Shown: positions 8,863 through 18,188 of the stretch, in pieces | Position numbering within the stretch: position 1 is the stretch's first letter | Layout: each line of letters begins with the position of its first letter | Origin: a virus | Virus record (IMG/VR): IMGVR_UViG_3300027963_000040 | Length of the DNA: 64,000 bases | Strand: one strand, 5' to 3' | Position numbers and translations under genes: made by a program | The notes under the pieces: generated by a model | Databases searched by the model: none | Told to the model about the DNA's origin: nothing | The model's input: only the letters and a program-made list of their open reading frames with translations

Positions 8863-9889
8863 CGCGAATCATCTCTCCTTGTCCAAGCGAATACTTTTCC
8901 TTGATCCATTCTGCGAACCTAGTCTCTTCAAGGATTGCCTTCCAGAAGTCACTGTTATCAATGATGTCAGCCGCACGATAGTTCTTACCCATGATCTCAC
9001 CAGTTTCCTGATCAACACGTGCATACCAGCCTTGCTTTGGCTTTACAATGAATTGACCCTCTAGAGCCAGGTCAAGCATACCAGACCACCTATTGATACC
9101 CGAATCAAAACTGACAGTGATAGGAATCTTAGATTTCTCCTTGAGGTAGCGAGACTTCTCAATGTTAATAACAAAGTGATAGCCAAGAAGCTCCTTGTCA
9201 TCCTTGTCCTGCTGACGACCAATGATCCAGATGTTGTCAGCTGAGTAGTAGATGCCAGTTCCACCGCTGACGACTGCCTTAGAATACATCTCCTGGGTCA
9301 TATAGACGTGATTGACCACGACCATAGGAATGTCCTTGAGAGTCAGGTGAGGAGTGACCATACGGAACAGAGACTTCAGCTGCTTCGCGCGAGTCATGTC
9401 AGCAGCAGAGCTCTGCTTCATCGCATCCTCAACTTCCTTCTTCGAAGCCAGGTTACCGACCGAGTCAATGATGATCATGATCTTATCATTACGCTTGATC
9501 TCACTCAGCTGATGCATCACATCAAACTTGAGCTGCTCGATATCAGTGATGGGTGTATGGACCACGGAATCTAGTGGTACGCCGAATGAGGTGAAGTAAG
9601 ATTCTGGCGTACCGAATTCTGAGTCGTAGAATAGGATGATACCATCCGGATTCGCTTTCAAAAATGCAGAAGCCAGCAGCAAGCTAAATGCGGTCTTGAA
9701 GTGTTTTGATGGCGCAGCAAGAACCGTAAGCCCAGGAGTCAATCCGCCATCAATCCTACCGGAAAGAGCGACGTTGATCATAGGAACTCGAGTAGGAATC
9801 ATATCCTTCTTGCCGAAAATCTTTGAATCGGTCAAAGTTGCAGTAAAATCAATGGTGCTGTTTTTTATCAGGCGTTCTCGTAGTGACAT
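8852..9889 (-). CDS. uvsX: RecA-like recombinase UvsX
   Basis: APSKHFKT, FYDSEFG, DSVGNLASKKE, ADMTRAK. Confidence 0.97.
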   Translation of the reverse strand: MSLRERLIKNSTIDFTATLTDSKIFGKKDMIPTRVPMINVALSGRIDGGLTPGLTVLAAPSKHFKTAFSLLLASAFLKANPDGIILFYDSEFGTPESYFTSFGVPLDSVVHTPITDIEQLKFDVMHQLSEIKRNDKIMIIIDSVGNLASKKEVEDAMKQSSAADMTRAKQLKSLFRMVTPHLTLKDIPMVVVNHVYMTQEMYSKAVVSGGTGIYYSADNIWIIGRQQDKDDKELLGYHFVINIEKSRYLKEKSKIPITVSFDSGINRWSGMLDLALEGQFIVKPKQGWYARVDQETGEIMGKNYRAADIIDNSDFWKAILEETRFAEWIKEKYSLGQGEMIRDEE

Positions 9890-9933
9890 ATGTTTCTCCT
9901 TATTGGAACTTCATTATACCGTCAAAGGCAAGA

Positions 9934-10290
9934 TTAGTCAAGCAGTTTATCCATCTTCTTGATGAACGCATCAACACTCTTGATACGATCCTTACCTGGC
10001 CACTGAATGATATCTTTCTCTGGATTCTTCTTCAGATTCAAAAGCAAAGGCATGATCATATCTCGAAGCTGTTTGAGCTTCTCTTGATCAACAACTCTTT
10101 CTACCTTAGTGAAATCATCTTCGTTCGCAAACGTGAAGCCAAAATCGTGTTCTTGTTCAGCCATTTTCTTTCTCTTTTCTTGCTCTTTTTTTGCCGCGTC
10201 TAAAATAGACGGGTGATGATTTTCGCACTGCGGGATACACTCTCGGTATAGACCACACGGACACCCGCCACCATAGTCATACTTCGCCAA
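9934..10290 (-). CDS. Hypothetical protein
   Basis: T4-like DFGFTF..IMPLLLNLKKNPEKD..WP motif; start may be internal (MAEQEHDF). Confidence 0.65.
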   Translation of the reverse strand: MAKYDYGGGCPCGLYRECIPQCENHHPSILDAAKKEQEKRKKMAEQEHDFGFTFANEDDFTKVERVVDQEKLKQLRDMIMPLLLNLKKNPEKDIIQWPGKDRIKSVDAFIKKMDKLLD

Positions 10291-12781
10291 AGAACGACTC
10301 CAGGCTGCTACGTTGTTCCGTATCCCAGCCGATGATCTCTAGGATCGACTTGATGGGATCGAGGAATGCCTTTTCGAATTGCATATTATAATCGACATAC
10401 CGATGGAGATCTAGTTCCTTAGGTAGGTCTTCGGCGACTGAGATCACCGTGTCGCCTAGAATGTTGGGCGTCTTGAGATAGGCAAACTTGATTTTATCAC
10501 CGTCGCCGATCAAAGGATACTTACGGGTCAAACCCTTACGGTTCAACAGATCGTTATACAGCAGAGCTCCCTTCACGTGAATCGGAGTCCCTTTGATGTA
10601 GATCGTCGAGCGATCCTTATACTTATTGAGACCCTTCATACCACGCGGGAAAGCCACGTCTTCAAAAGGCAGCTGCATGAACCTTTCCTTGAAATCGGCG
10701 ATATATTTTTGAACCATTGCCTCATCGCCGTTCATGATCAGCTTGATGGCTTCCTTGATGCTAGACCTGCATGCCTTCGGAGTTGAAGATCTAACAGCCT
10801 CGATGCCTTGAATCTTCAGCTGAGGCTCGTTGTATTGCACACCCTCAATGTTCCAGGCATTGAGAATATACATCTTCTTACCGCGCCAGATGCCTTTGTC
10901 TGCGATGGTCTCTCGCTTCATAAACATCTTTTGCTGGTACGCATTCATATAATCCGCAAGCTCTTCGTAGGACTTGTTGATAACTTTCTGAATCTTTTGC
11001 TCGCAGAAAGCGTCAATTGCCTTTACAATCTCAATAGTGTCGTCTGATTCAACCAGGCGTGATAGAGGCTCCATGTTGACGTAAATCGAATCGGTATCCG
11101 AAGCGATGACGTAGTCAACCTTATCCGTCTTGAGAGTTCGGTTGAGATACTCGTTCATCTTCCGCTCGATCCAGCGGATAGACAGCTGACCAGACATAGT
11201 GATCGCCTCAGCCATATCAAAGCTGAACCACCTGAAATATTCATTGCCCAGAGCGCCGTAGGCTGAGTTTAGCTGAATCTTTTTGGCAAGCTGCAGATTG
11301 TGATACCTGGAGATATCGTTACCGATCAGCCTACGTTCCTCGGTCTTTTCCTTCGGCGTGTTCTCAAGCAGCTGCTTTGCTTCAAGCATCTTCTTCTTAT
11401 ACTCAACGCGATCGTTATACATCTTTTCCATCAGCGCAGGCAAGAAACCCTGCTTGTCTTTCCGGAACTTTACTCCATTCGCTGCCACTGCGTGCGGACC
11501 TTCAATAACCGCATAACCTTCAACCAGTGACTCAACGACGGGAAAGAAAGGTTCCTTCTCGACGATCATCTCGGGGCTGATGTTATATTGCATGATGAGG
11601 TGAGGATAGAGGCTGTTTAGGTCGAAGGAAACGACCCACTTGCTCATACCAATCTTCGGTTCCTTGACGTAACCACCAACCAGATTATCGTAGTTCGCTG
11701 TCTTTTTGAACTGATGAATGACGATGTTACGATCAAGAAGATAGTTGTGAATGATCACATCCCATGGGCGAACGGTCGTCATCGTATCAGCGTAGTTGAC
11801 CTTAGCGTCATAGGCGAAGGCAATCACCTGTTCGATGAACTTGAGCTTCTCCTCGAGCATATCGATCAGCGTAACGTCGTGCACGTTATAATCATAGAAC
11901 TTCTGGGGATTTTGAACGTACAGCTCATTCAGAGAACCGTACTCGGAATAGTCGAGCTTCTTAGACCCGAGCTCTTTTTCTGCAATGTTATCGAGCCTAT
12001 AGCTCTCCTGCATCTCAAACTTGAACTTTCTGTAGAGATTCAGGTAGTCAAGCACATTGACACCAGCTGGAGTGTAGGTTTGATTCTCTCTCCCTCGAAC
12101 CTCAATCTTACGTTCCTCAAGGATACCCCAAGGCGAAAGTTTCTTGGCTTCGTTCTGACCCAAGACAACGTTGATTCGGTTAACCAGATAGGGAATGTCA
12201 AAGAACTCGATATTCCAGCCGGTCACGATATCCGGAAGGTAGCGACCAGACTGCCAGATCTTCAGAAAGTTGCTAAGAAGGTGCCACTCATCCTTACACT
12301 TGATGTAGTGAACGCCATCGGCTGGTGTGTAATCCTTCATGCCAAACAGCACCTTCTCACCCTTACGACTGAGGGTGATAGCGGTTACTTCCTTGTCTGC
12401 TTTTTCAATGTCGGGGAATCCGTCTGACGAATCAGTCTCGATGTCGATACCGATGATGTTGATCTGTGATGTGTCATACTTCATATCGCCATGAAACTTA
12501 TCATGAATGAAGAGGTACTGGAAGTTGGTCAACCCGTAGATGTCGTAGTTGGAGACTTCTTCATACCTCTTGATAAAATCTCTCGCGTCGGAAATTGATT
12601 CAAAATCCATCCTGTTGACAGGCTTTCCGGCGAGGGTCTTGTATTTTGTGCTGGTCTTTCCGTCCGAGGGAATGAACATGTATGGCTTGTAGTTGATTAC
12701 GTCGGCGATCCGACGACCATCCTTGTAGCCACGGAGATAGACTTTATCCCCTCGCGAAAAAACATTGGTGTAGAAAAACAT
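10277..12781 (-). CDS. gp43: Family B DNA polymerase gp43
   Basis: DIET exo I, SFDLNSLYPH, KKIQLNSAYG, ASDTDS. Confidence 0.98.
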   Translation of the reverse strand: MFFYTNVFSRGDKVYLRGYKDGRRIADVINYKPYMFIPSDGKTSTKYKTLAGKPVNRMDFESISDARDFIKRYEEVSNYDIYGLTNFQYLFIHDKFHGDMKYDTSQINIIGIDIETDSSDGFPDIEKADKEVTAITLSRKGEKVLFGMKDYTPADGVHYIKCKDEWHLLSNFLKIWQSGRYLPDIVTGWNIEFFDIPYLVNRINVVLGQNEAKKLSPWGILEERKIEVRGRENQTYTPAGVNVLDYLNLYRKFKFEMQESYRLDNIAEKELGSKKLDYSEYGSLNELYVQNPQKFYDYNVHDVTLIDMLEEKLKFIEQVIAFAYDAKVNYADTMTTVRPWDVIIHNYLLDRNIVIHQFKKTANYDNLVGGYVKEPKIGMSKWVVSFDLNSLYPHLIMQYNISPEMIVEKEPFFPVVESLVEGYAVIEGPHAVAANGVKFRKDKQGFLPALMEKMYNDRVEYKKKMLEAKQLLENTPKEKTEERRLIGNDISRYHNLQLAKKIQLNSAYGALGNEYFRWFSFDMAEAITMSGQLSIRWIERKMNEYLNRTLKTDKVDYVIASDTDSIYVNMEPLSRLVESDDTIEIVKAIDAFCEQKIQKVINKSYEELADYMNAYQQKMFMKRETIADKGIWRGKKMYILNAWNIEGVQYNEPQLKIQGIEAVRSSTPKACRSSIKEAIKLIMNGDEAMVQKYIADFKERFMQLPFEDVAFPRGMKGLNKYKDRSTIYIKGTPIHVKGALLYNDLLNRKGLTRKYPLIGDGDKIKFAYLKTPNILGDTVISVAEDLPKELDLHRYVDYNMQFEKAFLDPIKSILEIIGWDTEQRSSLESFFGEV

Positions 12782-12832
12782 GCGCCACCTCTTTCATTCA
12801 TCATAACAGTATAACCCGGATGGCGCGAAAAG

Positions 12833-13447
12833 TCAAACGAATATATGCAGCGCCTCACTATAATGAGCCTGACGATCCGCAAGACCAATTGTGCCTCCGT
12901 TGATTTTCTTCGTGGCTGCTACCACGTCTCCTCTGTCTGCAATCTCATTCAAACCGTTCTTAGACCAGAACCAAGCAGCTGACACAGCAGCACCGTCTGG
13001 TGTTGAAAGATATTCGACAGCTTCTTCAACACTCATGCTCATATCGTTGGCAAAACGAGCGTAGTTGTCGTGTCCGGTTAGCTGAATCAGACCACGACCA
13101 CGATAACGATACCCGTCGCCACTTGACTCCGGACCGTTACCCATTCTGTTAGCGTAAACTCTGTTAGCGATCTTTTCGGGATTTCTAGCATACGCGCTCG
13201 GATTGACATCCCTAAAATACCGAGGGAACACCACCGGAAGACGTTCGGCTCTGTAGTTTAGATTCTCTTCGATGTGCGTAAGACCGCCAGACTCGTGACC
13301 CACCTGAGCCATAAACATGGCAATTCTTCCGGGAGTGTCGATCTGAAAAAGTATCAACGCATGATTGAGTGGTTCGACGTAACGATCGATAACGTTCGCT
13401 GGCGTATGATCAAAAAACTTGGCTAATTGTTCTCTTGAAACAAGCAT
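12833..13447 (-). CDS. GH19-family endolysin
   Basis: AQVGHESGG, YRGRGLIQLTGHDNY, SAAWFW, INGGTIGLADR. Confidence 0.9.
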   Translation of the reverse strand: MLVSREQLAKFFDHTPANVIDRYVEPLNHALILFQIDTPGRIAMFMAQVGHESGGLTHIEENLNYRAERLPVVFPRYFRDVNPSAYARNPEKIANRVYANRMGNGPESSGDGYRYRGRGLIQLTGHDNYARFANDMSMSVEEAVEYLSTPDGAAVSAAWFWSKNGLNEIADRGDVVAATKKINGGTIGLADRQAHYSEALHIFV

Positions 13448-13464
13448 GATTATCTCCTAACAAA

Positions 13465-13488
13465 TATGGGGAGCCGAAGCTCCCCATA
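13465..13488 (-). terminator. CUUCGG-loop hairpin/terminator
   Basis: TATGGGGAGC-TTCG-GCTCCCCATA. Confidence 0.7.
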
Positions 13489-13508
13489 CTTATATCGGCG
13501 AACAGAAG

Positions 13509-13667
13509 TCAAATGCCTCTAACTCGTTTCATCCCACAAGCTATAGCGTTAACATCAGTGCGATTTAGACCGATATCTCTTAAATCGCGATCTGACAACC
13601 TACTAAGATCGGACATTTCTCTCCGAAAATTCATCATACTACAAAACCAGTTATAGACATCTAACAT
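13509..13667 (-). CDS. DUF1127-like small protein (52 aa, below track cutoff)
   Basis: MLDVYNWFCSMMNFRREMSDLSRLSDRDLRDIGLNRTDVNAIA...; GGAG SD. Confidence 0.8.
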   Translation of the reverse strand: MLDVYNWFCSMMNFRREMSDLSRLSDRDLRDIGLNRTDVNAIACGMKRVRGI

Positions 13668-13673
13668 TTTTTC

Positions 13674-14156
13674 TTACTCCGTCAGCAGGGTTTTACCGGT
13701 CGAATCGTTAGCGTCAACGATTTCGATCTTCTTTGGCTTCTTATCTTCTGGAATGATATTCTCAAGCCAAACTTTGAGCATACCATTGATTAGGTGAGCG
13801 TTGTTGATTACAACGTTGTCCGCAAGAGTGAATTGGCGCGTGAATGCGCGGCTAGCAATTCCCATATGCAGATAGTTTGTTTTCGGCTCTGAATCAACCT
13901 GAGAATTACCCTTGATCAGAAGCTTGTTGTTCTCGAGTGTAATCTCGATATCCTGCTTGGCGAAACCAGCAACAGCCATTTCGATGACGTACTTGTTTTC
14001 GTCAGTCTTTTTCAGGTTAAATGGGGGATAGGTTGCGGCAGCGTTATTAGCGAGCCACTCAGCGTTTGCTCGAAGATTCTTGGCGATTGTATCAGCGCCA
14101 ACGAAAAAACGATCGAAATTGCTTGTATCCAAATTATATGTTTTCCAATGAGTCAT
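13674..14156 (-). CDS. Small heat-shock protein (Hsp20/IbpA family)
   Basis: YPPFNL, IEMAVAGF, YLHMGIASRAFTRQFTLAD, NGML; late promoter at 14216-14223. Confidence 0.93.
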   Translation of the reverse strand: MTHWKTYNLDTSNFDRFFVGADTIAKNLRANAEWLANNAAATYPPFNLKKTDENKYVIEMAVAGFAKQDIEITLENNKLLIKGNSQVDSEPKTNYLHMGIASRAFTRQFTLADNVVINNAHLINGMLKVWLENIIPEDKKPKKIEIVDANDSTGKTLLTE

Positions 14157-14247
14157 AGTCGTTCTCCTTATAAAGCGAGATTGAGGTTAATGCGTCCCGA
14201 AAGGCAACGCAAGGTTATTTATAGGCTACTTTTGCAAAAAGTCAAGT

Positions 14248-14469
14248 CTAATGAAACTTTTTTTTCATCCGTTCCTTGGAAGTGACGTAGATAGTCATTG
14301 TATCGCTATTGAGAAGATAAAGAGGAGACAGGTTGTTTTCTTTGAACACTTTACCAGTCTCTAGAGCATAAATAAAGGAGTTGTTCTTATCTTCCTCTAT
14401 CATAATTTCTGCTGCTTCGCGAATAAACTTCTCAGGGACAACTTGCATTGTCATAAACGATAATGTCAT
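14248..14469 (-). CDS. Hypothetical protein
   Basis: 73-aa ORF filling the gap. Confidence 0.5.
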   Translation of the reverse strand: MTLSFMTMQVVPEKFIREAAEIMIEEDKNNSFIYALETGKVFKENNLSPLYLLNSDTMTIYVTSKERMKKKFH

Positions 14470-14487
14470 ATCTCTTTACCTTAACGG

Positions 14488-14862
14488 ATGGTGATTGAAA
14501 TGTTTGGTTTCGGATTAGGCAAACTCGGTTTGTATCTTGTAATAGCTCTAGTTATTTCAGGTGCTCTAGGTGGAATTTATATAAGTTGGAAACGTGGTAT
14601 TGAACACCAAGCTTTCCTAGAACTCAACCAGAGACAGTTAGAACAAACCGTAAGAGAACAAGAACAGTTTACGAGACAGCAGCAAGCGATTGCTGAACGT
14701 CAACGAGCCATAGCGCAAGAAATGGCACAAAGAAACCAGACTCTCCAGAGAAGAGTCGACCAAACAAATCGTATTATAAACTCCAATGCTAATGATAGAC
14801 CAGCATCGGATGTTTTGAAACAGACAATCGACCAGCTAAGAAGTGAAGGTAGACCAAGATGA
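14488..14862 (+). CDS. Putative i-spanin (Rz-like)
   Basis: N-terminal TM plus Q/R-rich coiled coil; overlaps a downstream lipoprotein gene. Confidence 0.7.
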   Translation: MVIEMFGFGLGKLGLYLVIALVISGALGGIYISWKRGIEHQAFLELNQRQLEQTVREQEQFTRQQQAIAERQRAIAQEMAQRNQTLQRRVDQTNRIINSNANDRPASDVLKQTIDQLRSEGRPR

Positions 14863-15164
14863 GAATGATATTGATTCTAAGTCTGTTTCTGCTAACAGCA
14901 TGTGGGAACGAAACTATGACGATTCGTTCAACCAGAAACGTAGTTGTAACTCCAGATGAAGGAGTCTACAACTGCCAAGTTGTAGATACGTTTCCTGAGT
15001 CAGCAACCCTCACCGACTCGCAGGTTGCGAGACTCATTGTCACGTTATACCAAAACAACGTGCAGTGTAGGAATAGCATTGACGCTATCAAGTCTTTTCT
15101 AGAGAACGCAAGACAGACTGTCTCGGCTGAACCTAGCGCCGAGACTCCGAGTCTTCCTCGATAA
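14859..15164 (+). CDS. Putative o-spanin (Rz1-like lipoprotein)
   Basis: Signal peptide with lipobox LTAC; ATGA overlap with the i-spanin. Confidence 0.7.
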   Translation: MRMILILSLFLLTACGNETMTIRSTRNVVVTPDEGVYNCQVVDTFPESATLTDSQVARLIVTLYQNNVQCRNSIDAIKSFLENARQTVSAEPSAETPSLPR

Positions 15165-15327
15165 CCGGACGACCAACCATGTTGATGCTGGTGTTCGAGA
15201 TCTTACGAGCGAAATCGACTGCCTCGTTGAACATAGCGAATCGCTTGGTGCGCTCGACCAGGAACCCGAAGTTCTTCGACCCACGATCGTTGTTGACCTC
15301 GGCGTACGTGCACTTATAACCAACCAT
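15133..15327 (-). CDS. Hypothetical early protein
   Basis: GAGGAG SD and own sigma70 promoter. Confidence 0.65.
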   Translation of the reverse strand: MVGYKCTYAEVNNDRGSKNFGFLVERTKRFAMFNEAVDFARKISNTSINMVGRPVIEEDSESRR

Positions 15328-15357
15328 CTTATTTCTCCTCTCTCATCATATATAGGT

Positions 15358-15387
15358 TACTATAACCTATTTTTATAAAAAAGTCAA
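15358..15387 (-). promoter_or_regulatory. Sigma70-type early promoter
   Basis: TTGACT-17 nt-TATAGT with A-rich UP element; member of a repeated family. Confidence 0.75.
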
Positions 15388-15395
15388 GGAGTTTT

Positions 15396-15776
15396 TTACC
15401 CTCGACGCGATAAAGAACCGATTTTGGTCATATCCTCGTTCTTACTGAGCAGCTGTAACCCACCCTTGTTATAGAGCGGAACTGCCCGACTAGCCTTCTC
15501 GAGGATGGCTGCTTTGGTAGAAGCCGACTCTTTATGCAGGTTAGCCATAATCCCACCGACCCTACCACCGTCGACGACCGTATTGCTCAGCTTGACCTCA
15601 TCGACCTTGTAAGAAGGTAGCGGCGTCCTATACTGCTTCGCCTTGGCTAGCTGATCAGGGTGAACGTTGTTACGTCGAAGCCACGCTTCATGCTCTGCCT
15701 TGGCTCGTAGCTGCTTGGCGTTGAGCTTTCGCTTACCGCTGCCATGGTTGTTGAAATGGGGACCGAGAAGCTGCAT
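15396..15776 (-). CDS. Conserved T4-like hypothetical basic protein
   Basis: GAGG SD; PLYNKGGLQ C-terminal motif. Confidence 0.65.
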   Translation of the reverse strand: MQLLGPHFNNHGSGKRKLNAKQLRAKAEHEAWLRRNNVHPDQLAKAKQYRTPLPSYKVDEVKLSNTVVDGGRVGGIMANLHKESASTKAAILEKASRAVPLYNKGGLQLLSKNEDMTKIGSLSRRG

Positions 15777-15786
15777 TGTATATTCC

Positions 15787-15984
15787 TCAGGTCGAATAGC
15801 CGCGCTGGGCGCAGGTGGGTTGGACCAAACGAGTACCGCGAGGCAGCTGCGACAGACGTTCTAGAACCACTGCCCGACAGTGATCCTCGGAACGAAGGTT
15901 GGGCACCTCTACGTTGGTTCGAGCACCGGAACCTGCAACCAAAGCGAACGTAAGAACGTAAACGAGCATGGTTTTCCCTTTCAA
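15787..15984 (-). CDS. Hypothetical small exported protein
   Basis: Hydrophobic N-terminus, two Cys; likely start MLVYV. Confidence 0.5.
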   Translation of the reverse strand: MKGKTMLVYVLTFALVAGSGARTNVEVPNLRSEDHCRAVVLERLSQLPRGTRLVQPTCAQRGYST

Positions 15985-16229
15985 TAAAAAGAACCAGCGT
16001 GTAGATCGTTAACCTCTTCTTCTTCCTCCTCGACGATCGTCTTGAGGCGAATCGAAGCCATGAGCTCCTGAGCCTGTTCGTCCGGACAGTACCGAATCAG
16101 CGAGCTCTCAAGCCAACCGACGTAGATGGCGTATTGCCGCAAACGTTCGTGAATTTCTGGCTCCGATTCAATACCCTCGAACACAGCGTCCAAGAGCGTC
16201 ATAACGGCGATATAATTCTCTTCTCTCAT
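15981..16229 (-). CDS. Hypothetical protein
   Basis: AGGAG SD. Confidence 0.6.
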   Translation of the reverse strand: MREENYIAVMTLLDAVFEGIESEPEIHERLRQYAIYVGWLESSLIRYCPDEQAQELMASIRLKTIVEEEEEEVNDLHAGSFY

Positions 16230-16250
16230 TTCATTCTCCTTTCGAAGGTG

Positions 16251-16631
16251 TTAACCTTGGTACTCAACCGTCGCCTTGATATAAGCCTCGCGGTCGTAGG
16301 ACAGACCCTCGCGGAAGCAGTAGTAGCCGTAGTCGCCACCCACGTCCGCAGCCTTCACGTGCTGACGTATGGCATCGCCGACCGAGATTTCCTGCGCCGT
16401 AGCAAGCTCGAACATCCGATCGATCCAGGAGTTCCAGGCGCGGTCATGACCCTCGCGCTCGCGCTCGAGCTCGCGGTCAAGCTCGATGCACATGGCTTCC
16501 CATAGACCCTGCTTGTCGTCTGGGCTCAAACCCTTCCAGACCCGCATGAAGGTAGCGCCAGGGCGAGTGCCATAGGCATCCTTGTGGAGGTCAGAAACGG
16601 TCGCATCATCGTAGGTGTAAATCATATTCAT
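16251..16631 (-). CDS. Conserved phage hypothetical early protein
   Basis: SDLHKDAYGTRP motif; own promoter cassette. Confidence 0.65.
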   Translation of the reverse strand: MNMIYTYDDATVSDLHKDAYGTRPGATFMRVWKGLSPDDKQGLWEAMCIELDRELEREREGHDRAWNSWIDRMFELATAQEISVGDAIRQHVKAADVGGDYGYYCFREGLSYDREAYIKATVEYQG

Positions 16632-16691
16632 ATTCCCTTTCCTATAAGATCATAATAGCGCGTTTTTGAAAATAAGTCAAGGAGTATTTTA

Positions 16692-16958
16692 TTAAAATTT
16701 GTTAATTTCCGCCAGAGCAGCCTTACCAGCTTTGCCGAGAGCGTTGTTTGCGGTCAAAATCTCCACCCCCAGGTCGTAGCTGATATTACCTTCACGGATA
16801 GCCACGACGACCTGACGCTGGATCGCGAGTTTGCGCTCCGCCGCGTTTACGTTGGACCTCAACCGAGTACCCGTAGAGTTTGGGCGAGGACGTAGCGCAT
16901 GCTGCAGAGACATCGGGAGCTTCGCGAGATCAGCCAAGGTTTCAATTTTCGTGATCAT
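16692..16958 (-). CDS. Hypothetical early protein
   Basis: AAGGG SD; own promoter cassette. Confidence 0.6.
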   Translation of the reverse strand: MITKIETLADLAKLPMSLQHALRPRPNSTGTRLRSNVNAAERKLAIQRQVVVAIREGNISYDLGVEILTANNALGKAGKAALAEINKF

Positions 16959-17043
16959 ATCGGTATCCCTTTCCTATAAGATCATAATACCGCGATTCCG
17001 TAAAAAAGTCAAGCACTTTTTTTTAAAAAAAGATTAAAAAAGA

Positions 17044-17259
17044 TTAATCTTTGGGGTCTTGCCAGGGCGGCACTCGCTTAGGTCCGGCAGCCTGGTCGCC
17101 ATTAGCCTCAATTCTCTTCATAACTTCCTCGTATGCTATCATATAACCCTCGCTCCACGTCATATGAAGACTCAGATCAGTATCATAGTTATATGGATTA
17201 TCTGCGAAATGACGACCACGCTTATAGTCGTCATAGCCACTCCAGTATGCGTCGATCAT
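17044..17259 (-). CDS. Hypothetical protein
   Basis: AYWSGY..G....NPY.....W.EGY pattern reminiscent of phage Rmf-like proteins. Confidence 0.55.
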   Translation of the reverse strand: MIDAYWSGYDDYKRGRHFADNPYNYDTDLSLHMTWSEGYMIAYEEVMKRIEANGDQAAGPKRVPPWQDPKD

Positions 17260-17483
17260 TAATCTTCCTTTCGGCTAACTTGCGGACGAAGGTATATTTT
17301 CAGCATGGTATTATCTACCTTGTAAGAACCAAATGTATTGTAACGAAGACTTACACCTTCTTCCGCAGCCTCCGCGTTCAGTTCTTTACGGAACTTCACA
17401 ACGTCGTCGTAATACAGTTCCACTTCGGCGCGACCTTCGTTCGCCAAAGATTCCCAGACATCGTCAGTGTGAAATTGTTTCAT
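17259..17483 (-). CDS. Hypothetical protein (paralog of the next gene)
   Basis: Start moved to the SD-supported MKQFH; LNAEAAEEGVSLR. Confidence 0.55.
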   Translation of the reverse strand: MKQFHTDDVWESLANEGRAEVELYYDDVVKFRKELNAEAAEEGVSLRYNTFGSYKVDNTMLKIYLRPQVSRKED

Positions 17484-17496
17484 ATCGTTCATCCTT

Positions 17497-17721
17497 TCAG
17501 CTAAACTTCCGGAGGTATATGTCGAGCCGACCATCAGGCAGGGAGTTAATCCGGAGGCTCACACCCTCGCTGGCAGCCTCGGCATTCAGCTGATTCCGGA
17601 TCCAGCGACGAGCGACCTCATCAGCCACATTCCAATCTACGGCGGCAGCGAAAACCGTAGCATCAGAGACCCTAGCATTACCGAAGGTGGCCAAGGCAGT
17701 CCAGATATTAGTGGTGATCAT
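17497..17721 (-). CDS. Hypothetical protein (paralog of the previous gene)
   Basis: Start moved to MITTN after AAGGA; LNAEAASEGVSLR. Confidence 0.55.
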   Translation of the reverse strand: MITTNIWTALATFGNARVSDATVFAAAVDWNVADEVARRWIRNQLNAEAASEGVSLRINSLPDGRLDIYLRKFS

Positions 17722-17798
17722 ATCGTTCTTCCTTTCGTTCATCATATAAGCATAATAGCCTATTTTTGAAAATAAGTCAAGCACTTTTTTCAAAAAAA

Positions 17799-18065
17799 TC
17801 AGGCGGCGACCTTGAACCCTTCGAGCGCGGTGTACGTCACGAAACCATCATTCCGCAGAATCAACAGCGGAGGGTTGGACTTCAGCTTCTCCACCCAATC
17901 CTCGAGGGTGTAGTGCTTGCAGAGGATCTTGATATATTCGCTCCTCTTAACCGAGCCACGATACTTGAAGCGAGCGATGAAGTTACCCTTGTAAGAGAGG
18001 TAGCCACCGTGATACATGAAACCGCTACGTTCAAACTTCGTCATCGTTTTTCCCTCGTTCATCAT
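17799..18065 (-). CDS. Hypothetical early protein
   Basis: Own promoter; likely start MTKFE; FIARFKY motif. Confidence 0.6.
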   Translation of the reverse strand: MMNEGKTMTKFERSGFMYHGGYLSYKGNFIARFKYRGSVKRSEYIKILCKHYTLEDWVEKLKSNPPLLILRNDGFVTYTALEGFKVAA

Positions 18066-18188
18066 ATTTTCATCTTACCCTAGCTCGGTAAAAAAGTCAA
18101 GGAAAAAGATAACCAACAAAAACAAAGGGTTAGCAGAACGAATCCACTAACCCTTTGTTATCACAAGAGAATGTTTTTTGAAAAATCT

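Noticed and set aside
11714-12427. 237-aa plus-strand ORF and similar long antisense ORFs (27430-27990, 33815-34576, 52451-53062)
   Set aside because: They are codon-bias shadows of well-identified genes on the opposite strand.
10277-12781. Inteins or introns in gp43 (also checked gp41, gp17, gp46)
   Set aside because: The proteins have normal lengths and continuous motifs.
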